Source: Spirochaetota bacterium (GTDB lineage: Bacteria > Spirochaetota > UBA4802 > JAFGDQ01). From it: a stretch of 64,000 nt of DNA. Under the pieces are notes generated by a model, which saw only the letters and a list, made by a program, of their open reading frames with translations, ran no database searches and was not told the origin of the DNA. The position numbers and the translations under genes are program-made. Of the stretch, positions 57,253 to 64,000 are shown piece after piece (position 1 is the stretch's first letter; the number at the start of each line of letters is the position of its first letter). Where the stretch lies: positions 1 to 64,000 of the forward strand of contig JAZDKB010000043.1 of the NCBI GenBank assembly GCA_043803405.1, in the 5' to 3' direction.

Positions 57253-59266
57253 GTTTACTTTTGTCGAAGATGAACTCTCTCACTCCGATGAAAATGCCCC
57301 TGTAAATTTTTTTAAAAACCGAATTAAAAAAATTGAATTACTTAAAGGAAAGTCCTTATCCCTTATAATCATAATATCATCAGTAGTTATCGCGATTGCA
57401 CTTGTACTTGTTTTAATTAATTTTTTTTATAAAAAGCCGCAAATTTTTAAACCTGCAGAACAAAGCAATATTCTTTCGTTTACCGAAAAAAAAGACATCC
57501 CTTCCGGCAAAACTTCAAACGTAAAACTAGAGAAAGGAAAAGAAAATTATTCCAGGGGATATTACACCAACGCTATCACATATTTCAATGAAGTGGTTGA
57601 ATCCGATGCGTCTAATGCTGAGAAAGCAATTGCTTTAACTTATATTGGTATAATTCACGACGACAGGAGCAATTATAGTAAAGCGATCGAGTATTACCAG
57701 AGGGCTCTGAAATACGATGATAAGAACGCGATCATATACAGAAATATGGCTATTGCCTACAGACATTTAAACGACTATGATTCGGCAGCAAAGACAATAA
57801 AGAAAGGCCTTGATATTGATCCGAATAATATACAGAATCTCATTCTTTACGGAAATATTTTATACGAGCAGGGGAATTATAAAGACGCTATTTCCGTATA
57901 TGAAGATGCGTTAAAGATAAATAATGACCCTGTTGCTTATCATAATTTAGCGCTTGCTCATATTAAGACAGGGAAGGAGTCCCTGGCAATGGATTATCTT
58001 TTAAAAGCCGGCGCTGCGGATAAGGTTGGAAATGTTGCCCATCTGGCATATTCCAAACTTGGCGTAATTTACATTGAGAGAAAGGATTTTGAATCTGCGG
58101 AAAAATATCTTAAAATGGCTGAATCCTTAAATCCGCGGGACCCCGTTGTCAGTTACAACCTTGGGATAGCATATCTTAAAATGAAGCAGCCGGATAAAGC
58201 CATCGTTGAATTTAAAAAGGCTGAGGAATTCGGCAAGAACGATGAAAACCTGCTGGAAAATCTGGGGGAGACTTACTTTAGTTTAAATGATTATGATAAA
58301 AGCATTGAAGCATTTAGTAAACTGCTTATTACAAACAAGCGCAACATAAAAATTCTTTCACGGCTTGCGGAGGTTTATCACGAGAAGGGAGAGCCGAGGG
58401 AAGCCCTGGAGCTTTACAAACAGATTACCGTGCTTGAACCTGCTACGGAAAATGCACGGGTCGCTTACGCGAATATGGGTAACATACTTGACGATCTGGG
58501 CAGGCCGGATGAAGCTATTGAGATGTATAACAGTGCTCTTGCAATAAACGAAGATGACGACACGACTCTTTACAACATGGGTATTGTGTATAAAAACGCC
58601 GGCAAGCTTGAGTTCGCGGTTAAGTCATGGCGCAGGGCATCGGAACTGAATGCGGATGCGCCAAAGCCTTTAATGGCAATTGCGGGCATATATGAAGAAA
58701 AAAATTTTTACGATCTGGCTATAGAACAATATCAAAAGATTATTAAACGCTGGGACAATATGCAGGAAGCTCATTTTAATCTTGGAGTCCTTTATTATAA
58801 AAAGAATCTTACGGATTATGCTAAGGAAGAATTTAAAAAAGTAATTGAACTCAATAAAAACAACGAGCTTGCTGCAAAGGCATACACAAATCTTGGGGTA
58901 ATAATCAGTAAAAACGCTGGCAGCAATGAAAACTCATTTGATGAAGCGCAGGGTTATATTCAGAAAGCTCTGCTGCAAAAACCGAATGATGCTGAAGCTC
59001 TCATTACGCTCGGCTCTATTTATTTTAAGAAAGGTATGCTTGAAAAGGCAATCGATACATTCAACATGGCGATTTCATCAACGAGGGATCCAAAAATTCT
59101 TGCTGAAGCTTACAATAATATCGGAAAATCTTATCACAGGAAGGGGCTTTATAAGAACGCGTTGACTGCTTTTACGCATGGCATTGACCAGGATCCTACT
59201 ATGGAAGAAATCAGGATAAACCGCAAGGTGTCCATGCAGGCTTATGAAGAAGAATTGCGCAGATAA
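57230..59266 (+). CDS. Membrane-anchored tetratricopeptide repeat protein
   Basis: N-terminal TM helix followed by many TPR units (YNLG/A...A...Y...AL...P). Confidence 0.9.
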   Translation: MFRKRKNRFTFVEDELSHSDENAPVNFFKNRIKKIELLKGKSLSLIIIISSVVIAIALVLVLINFFYKKPQIFKPAEQSNILSFTEKKDIPSGKTSNVKLEKGKENYSRGYYTNAITYFNEVVESDASNAEKAIALTYIGIIHDDRSNYSKAIEYYQRALKYDDKNAIIYRNMAIAYRHLNDYDSAAKTIKKGLDIDPNNIQNLILYGNILYEQGNYKDAISVYEDALKINNDPVAYHNLALAHIKTGKESLAMDYLLKAGAADKVGNVAHLAYSKLGVIYIERKDFESAEKYLKMAESLNPRDPVVSYNLGIAYLKMKQPDKAIVEFKKAEEFGKNDENLLENLGETYFSLNDYDKSIEAFSKLLITNKRNIKILSRLAEVYHEKGEPREALELYKQITVLEPATENARVAYANMGNILDDLGRPDEAIEMYNSALAINEDDDTTLYNMGIVYKNAGKLEFAVKSWRRASELNADAPKPLMAIAGIYEEKNFYDLAIEQYQKIIKRWDNMQEAHFNLGVLYYKKNLTDYAKEEFKKVIELNKNNELAAKAYTNLGVIISKNAGSNENSFDEAQGYIQKALLQKPNDAEALITLGSIYFKKGMLEKAIDTFNMAISSTRDPKILAEAYNNIGKSYHRKGLYKNALTAFTHGIDQDPTMEEIRINRKVSMQAYEEELRR

Positions 59267-59332
59267 AAAAGCCTGTAGCATTACTCAATTCTTTTTGCTC
59301 CCGGTTAAAAATTACACAACAGATAATACTTT

Positions 59333-59809
59333 ATGCCGCAAATAGCTCTTCTTAAAGAATACCCTGATTACGCGCCTGTGCTTGCGTTCTGGGCATTCAG
59401 GGAATGGTATATGGAAAGGGCTATCAGCTTTGATCTGCTTATCAAGGCATATAAAGAAAGGGTCAATGATTCTAATCTGCCTATTTCACTGATTGCCATT
59501 GAAGACAAAATTCCGGTCGGTATGATTTCCCTGAAGGAGAACGACATCTGGTCAAGAAAAGATCTGAATCCGTGGCTCTCGTCGCTTTTTGTTCTTCCGG
59601 AATACCGCAGGCGCGGGATCGGCTCTTTGCTTATAGAGCACTTAATACACAGGGCAAAACATCTTAAATATCATACATTATTTCTTTTTACTGAATGTGA
59701 GAATGGTTTTCTTGAAAATTATTATGCCAAAAAAAGCTGGGAATTTCTCGAAAAAGCAAAAGGAAACGATAATAATTTTATTAAAATATATAATAATAAT
59801 TTAAGTTGA
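59333..59809 (+). CDS. GNAT-family N-acetyltransferase
   Basis: PWLSSLFVLPEYRRRGIG acetyl-CoA binding motif. Confidence 0.9.
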   Translation: MPQIALLKEYPDYAPVLAFWAFREWYMERAISFDLLIKAYKERVNDSNLPISLIAIEDKIPVGMISLKENDIWSRKDLNPWLSSLFVLPEYRRRGIGSLLIEHLIHRAKHLKYHTLFLFTECENGFLENYYAKKSWEFLEKAKGNDNNFIKIYNNNLS

Positions 59810-59994
59810 CTTTTTCATCTTTGATTTTTATATGTGCATTCAACTTTCTGAACTGAGTGCAAACGACTGTAATTTTAACTTGATTTTGAAAAAAATTCTG
59901 TTAAAATTAACTCTGCCGGTATATTTTTTGTTTTTTTGTTTGACAGATACGGCATAATGAATATTTTTGCGTCTTGTGTGTAAAATAATCTCAT

Positions 59995-60067
59995 GAGTCG
60001 CTAGCTCAGTCGGTAGAGCAACTGCCTTTTAAGCAGTGGGTCGGGAGTTCAATTCTCCCGCGACTCA
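59995..60067 (+). tRNA. tRNA-Lys (anticodon TTT), CCA not encoded
   Basis: Acceptor gagtcgc/gcgactc, D arm gctc/gagc, anticodon arm actgc-cttttaa-gcagt, T loop ttcaatt. Confidence 0.97.
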
Positions 60068-60107
60068 AAGCATAAATTTTTTTATTTAATATGCGTTTTT
60101 AACATTT

Positions 60108-60180
60108 GTCCCCGTCGTCTAGGGGTCTAGGACATCGGGTTTTCATCTCGACAACAGGGGTTCAAATCCCCTCGGGGATG
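60108..60180 (+). tRNA. tRNA-Glu (anticodon TTC), CCA not encoded
   Basis: Acceptor gtccccg/cggggat, anticodon arm tcggg-ttttcat-ctcga, T arm agggg-ttcaaat-cccct. Confidence 0.95.
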
Positions 60181-60191
60181 CATACAGCATC

Positions 60192-60224
60192 AAAAAAACT
60201 CAACCTATAGGGTTGAGTTTTTTT
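60192..60224 (+). terminator. Intrinsic terminator after the tRNA pair
   Basis: aaaaaaactcaacc-tatag-ggttgagttttttt. Confidence 0.9.
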
Positions 60225-60397
60225 ATTGAAAAAATTCATTAACATACTGAAAATCATTATAAGCAATTTGCATTATTTTTTTTAGCCAAACCAATCATTT
60301 GTTTTGCTGTCGCGTCGTATGAGGCTGAAGGCAGAAGCCGGCTTAAAGATTCTTTTTTTTACTTGAACTGGCTGTTTAATATATGTATGCTTAATTT

Positions 60398-62176
60398 ATG
60401 AAACAAAAGCACACATATAACCTTGGAGTAGTAGGCAACTGCTCTATGCTCGCATACATCGACATGAGTGCGAATGTAAAATGGATGTGTCTGCCGAGGT
60501 TCGACAGCAGTTTTATTTTCGGATCCCTTCTCGACGAAAAAAAAGGCGGAGAATTCAGCATAACTCCTTTTAATAAAAAGTTTAAATCCAGACAATATTA
60601 TTTAAAAAATACCAATATTCTTGCGACTGAATTCAGTTTAGCCGAAGGCAGTTTTAGGGTCATCGATTTCGCGCCCCGCTTTTATCAGTATGATCGTTAT
60701 TTTCGTCCGACAACACTTTTCCGTAAAATAGAACTTTTATCGGGCAATCCTTATATCGTTGTGAAATGCCATCCTGTAGGCGAATACGGAGAAACACAGC
60801 CCGAAATCGTTTCAGGGAACAGTCATCTGCGTTTTTTACATCTTTCAAGTCATGTTAGACTCACAACAGATATTTCTCTTTCATATATCCTTAATGAAAA
60901 ACCATTTGCCCTTACCGAAACCAAATACATTGCTTTCAGCTACGGAGTGCCTGTAGAAGCTCCTCTCGCGGAAACAACCCAGATATTTTTTGAAAAAACA
61001 ATGAGATACTGGATGCACTGGGTAAAACAAACAACCGCACCCCTTTTGTTTCAGGAACAGGTTATTCGATCTGCGCTTATATTAAAGCTGCATCAATACG
61101 AAGATACAGGTGCAATCATTGCTTCAGGGACTACAAGCCTGCCTGAATATCCCGGATCAAAGCGGACATGGGATTACCGATATTGCTGGATGAGAGATAC
61201 TTACTATACACTTAACGCGTTCAATAATATCGGCCATTTTGAAGAGCTTGAAAAATATTTTCAATTTATACGGAATATTATTTTAACTGAACCAAAGAGT
61301 ATTAAACCGCTGTATACTCTTATCGGAGAACCTGTTCCTGAAGTGGAAATACTGCCTTTAGAAGGATATATGGGAGAAAAACCTGTTAGGATAGGAAATG
61401 ATGCGATAAAACAGGTGCAGAACGATGTATATGGTCAAATACTTGTGAGCCTTCTTCCTCTCTTTATTGATAAAAGGCTGAATCATCTGGATGATAATGT
61501 TACACGGCATTTGACTGAATGGCTGACAGGGAAAATATCCGAATACATGGACCAGCCGGATTCAGGCTTGTGGGAATTCAGCGAAACCGTTCACTATTAC
61601 TGTAATACATATCTATTTCACTGGGCCGGAGGAAAAGCCGCTGAAAAGATCGGCATTTATTTAAAAGACAGCAATATAATTAATAAGGCACAAAAGCTGG
61701 CTGAAGATGCGAAGAAATATATTGAAAGATGTTATAATTCTAAGAAGAAGGCCTATTCACAGTCAACAGGAGGAAGCGTTCTTGATGCAAGCAGCCTTCA
61801 GCTTATTACAATGAAGTATCTTGACCAGAAAAGTGACAAAGCAGAAAAGCATCTTAAAGCACTCGAAAGGGAGTTGTTTCACGGAAAAGGCGAGTATTTC
61901 CGCTATTTGCAGGACGACATCGGGAGGACAAATACATCTTTTATAATATGTGGTTTCTGGTACGCAGAAGCGTTAATTACTACAGGCCATCTTGACAGGG
62001 CATATTCGATTATTGAAAATTTAATAAATTGTTCAAACCATCTTGCGCTTTTAAGCGAGGATGCAGAGCATGACGGTTCGCAGTGGGGAAATTTTCCCCA
62101 GACTTACAGTCATGTGGGATTAATAAATGCTGTTTGTAAACTTTCTCAAAAAACAGACAATCCGGTATTTTTATAG
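60398..62176 (+). CDS. Glycoside hydrolase family 15 (trehalase/glucoamylase-like)
   Basis: WMCLPRFDS, TTSLPE, WDYRYCWMRD, GLWE, GNFPQTYSHVGLI. Confidence 0.93.
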   Translation: MKQKHTYNLGVVGNCSMLAYIDMSANVKWMCLPRFDSSFIFGSLLDEKKGGEFSITPFNKKFKSRQYYLKNTNILATEFSLAEGSFRVIDFAPRFYQYDRYFRPTTLFRKIELLSGNPYIVVKCHPVGEYGETQPEIVSGNSHLRFLHLSSHVRLTTDISLSYILNEKPFALTETKYIAFSYGVPVEAPLAETTQIFFEKTMRYWMHWVKQTTAPLLFQEQVIRSALILKLHQYEDTGAIIASGTTSLPEYPGSKRTWDYRYCWMRDTYYTLNAFNNIGHFEELEKYFQFIRNIILTEPKSIKPLYTLIGEPVPEVEILPLEGYMGEKPVRIGNDAIKQVQNDVYGQILVSLLPLFIDKRLNHLDDNVTRHLTEWLTGKISEYMDQPDSGLWEFSETVHYYCNTYLFHWAGGKAAEKIGIYLKDSNIINKAQKLAEDAKKYIERCYNSKKKAYSQSTGGSVLDASSLQLITMKYLDQKSDKAEKHLKALERELFHGKGEYFRYLQDDIGRTNTSFIICGFWYAEALITTGHLDRAYSIIENLINCSNHLALLSEDAEHDGSQWGNFPQTYSHVGLINAVCKLSQKTDNPVFL

Positions 62177-62220
62177 CTGATTTAAATATAAAAAATTTAA
62201 CGCACGTATGAGGATTCATC

Positions 62221-63804
62221 ATGAAAGATTTTCTTGAGAAATCGTTAAAAGTAATCCTTGAAGCATCAAAGACCGCAGCGGAAAAAACCGAACTTGCTAA
62301 TTCCTTCCCGGATATCGCATCGCAGCAAACTCTTGTTTCACTTGTCGAATCTAAGCTTAAAAACCGGAAACTTATACTTGCATCTAACAGGGAACCCTAT
62401 GTCCATATATATAAAGGCGAAAATATATCATGGTTTCGCTCTGCCGGAGGTTTGTCCGTAGCGCTGGATTCAATGGCTTCAGCCTGTAACGCAACCTGGG
62501 TTTGCCATGGCGACGGCAATGCGGATTTTAAAATGACCGACAGTAAGGGTGAAGTAAAGGTCCCGCCGGATAATCCTAAATATACTTTGAAAAGGATAAG
62601 GCTGTCTAAACAGGAAGTCGCGGAATACTATGAAGGGTTTTCGAATGAAACCTTGTGGCCTCTCTGCCACGTAAGTTATGTAAGGCCGAAATTTATATAT
62701 AAATACTGGTTAACTTACCAGGAAGTAAACAGGAAATTTGCAAAAGCTATTCTTGAAGTAGCGACTTCCGACAGCATAGTATTTTTGCAGGATTATCATC
62801 TTTGCCTTGTTGCCAAATATCTAAAAGAAGAAATCCCGAATTTGACAACAGTGCTGTTCTGGCATATCCCATGGCCTAATCCTGAAATATTCAGGATTTG
62901 CCCATGGAAAAATGATATCCTTGAAGGTCTGCTTGCAAACGATATAATAGGATTTCACCTGAAATATCATGCCGATAATTTTCTTGAAACTGTGGATCAG
63001 GAACTTGAGTCGCGCATTGACAGGGAAAGAATGCATATTGAAAAGAATCTGAGGCGTACAAGGATAAAAGCATATCCGATATCAATTGATTTTAAATCTA
63101 TTTTTTTACAGGCAGAAGATTCCAAAATCAAGGAAACTTATACTCAGAAAATGACCGAGTTAAGGCTAAAAAATGTTAAAATAGGGCTGGGGGTTGACAG
63201 GCTGGATTACACAAAAGGGATCCCTGAACGTCTTGATGCAATTGAAAGGATGTTCGAAAAATATCCCGAACATGTAGGAAAGTTTACTTATGTTCAGATT
63301 GGCGTCCCAAGCCGGACACACATAGAAGATTATCAGTATGTAGTGAACGCGATTGAAACAAAAATATTACAAATAAATGAGAAATACAGAACCGATGAAT
63401 GGGAGCCTGTAATATTTTTAAAGGGTCAGTATGATTTTGATGTTCTTGTCCCTTTCTATAAAATGGCGGATGTTTGCATAGTAAGTTCGCTTCATGATGG
63501 GATGAATCTTGTAGCAAAAGAATTTATAGCTGCATCCAGCAATGACCGCGGGGTGCTTGTGCTTTCAAGCTTTACAGGGGCCGCACGGGAGCTTGAACAC
63601 GCATTGCTTATTAATCCATACGATACTGAATCATTTGCAGATATACTGAATACAGCTCTTACCATGCCATACGAGGAGCAGAAAATGAGGATTGCCCGTA
63701 TGAGGTTAAGAGTAGCAGAAAATAACATTTATACATGGGCTCAAAAAATTCTGAATGATGTAGTTATGCTGGCTGAGGATAATGCCGAAACTCTGCAGCG
63801 ATAA
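62221..63804 (+). CDS. otsA: Trehalose-6-phosphate synthase (GT20)
   Basis: SNREP, YYEGFSNETLWPLCH, QDYHL, HIPWP, VDRLDYTKG, DGMNLVAKEF. Confidence 0.93.
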   Translation: MKDFLEKSLKVILEASKTAAEKTELANSFPDIASQQTLVSLVESKLKNRKLILASNREPYVHIYKGENISWFRSAGGLSVALDSMASACNATWVCHGDGNADFKMTDSKGEVKVPPDNPKYTLKRIRLSKQEVAEYYEGFSNETLWPLCHVSYVRPKFIYKYWLTYQEVNRKFAKAILEVATSDSIVFLQDYHLCLVAKYLKEEIPNLTTVLFWHIPWPNPEIFRICPWKNDILEGLLANDIIGFHLKYHADNFLETVDQELESRIDRERMHIEKNLRRTRIKAYPISIDFKSIFLQAEDSKIKETYTQKMTELRLKNVKIGLGVDRLDYTKGIPERLDAIERMFEKYPEHVGKFTYVQIGVPSRTHIEDYQYVVNAIETKILQINEKYRTDEWEPVIFLKGQYDFDVLVPFYKMADVCIVSSLHDGMNLVAKEFIAASSNDRGVLVLSSFTGAARELEHALLINPYDTESFADILNTALTMPYEEQKMRIARMRLRVAENNIYTWAQKILNDVVMLAEDNAETLQR

Positions 63805-63818
63805 AATTGAATAGAATA

Positions 63819-64000
63819 ATGACTGAATACCTTTTTACATCTGATGCTTTAAATAAAGTAATTGAATCGCTGAGGATAAAGCCAAGAATACTTGCCTTTG
63901 ATTTTGACGGAACACTGGTTCCTATTGCGGATTCGCCGGCAGGAGTCGTATTGCCCGTAAAACTGCCATATCTTTTAAAAAATCTGTCCGGGGACAAAGA
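63819..64000 (+). CDS. otsB: Trehalose-6-phosphate phosphatase (HAD), truncated by the window end; not in the ORF track
   Basis: Translates MTEYLF...ILAFDFDGTLVPIADSP (DxDGT HAD motif I); follows otsA. Confidence 0.85.
   Translation, partial: MTEYLFTSDALNKVIESLRIKPRILAFDFDGTLVPIADSPAGVVLPVKLPYLLKNLSGDK

Noticed and set aside
63764..63997. 77-aa minus-strand ORF at the window end
   Set aside because: Antisense to the otsB 5' region, which carries a clear HAD motif

Overview
AT-rich chromosomal window from an anaerobic bacterium. The backbone looks like a Leptospira-related spirochaete: LipL46-like lipoprotein, SurA-like PPIase/spiro-SPASM/SpsF/SpsG cluster, DUF1577-lpxI, lptC-lptA-lptB-rpoN-hpf, ribH-nusB-TPR. 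Housekeeping genes are rplM-rpsI, recX-alaS, murI, cimA, leuS, tRNA-Lys(TTT) and tRNA-Glu(TTC). Mixed in are anaerobic catabolism modules: an OFA-family transporter next to mobA; SDR-thiolase-DUF35-Dch-like hydratase; biotin carrier plus glutaconyl-CoA decarboxylase alpha; a ferritin-like protein; TM1266-hydG; a 1.4-kaa CoA-activase; and GH15-otsA-otsB, with otsB cut by the window end. No CRISPR array, rRNA, prophage or intact transposase was seen. Main hunt results: (1) a structured, terminator-containing leader upstream of TM1266-hydG, a candidate undescribed riboswitch or attenuator; (2) a decayed glutaryl-CoA dehydrogenase remnant upstream of gcdC-gcdA; (3) CTAG-bounded MITE-like shells carrying palindromic cargo; (4) a degenerate flagellin-like gene next to a YbjN/CesT-like chaperone; (5) an HPF with a tandem-duplicated C-terminal domain; (6) an apparently chimeric alaS. 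All family assignments come from motif recognition by eye; no searches were run.
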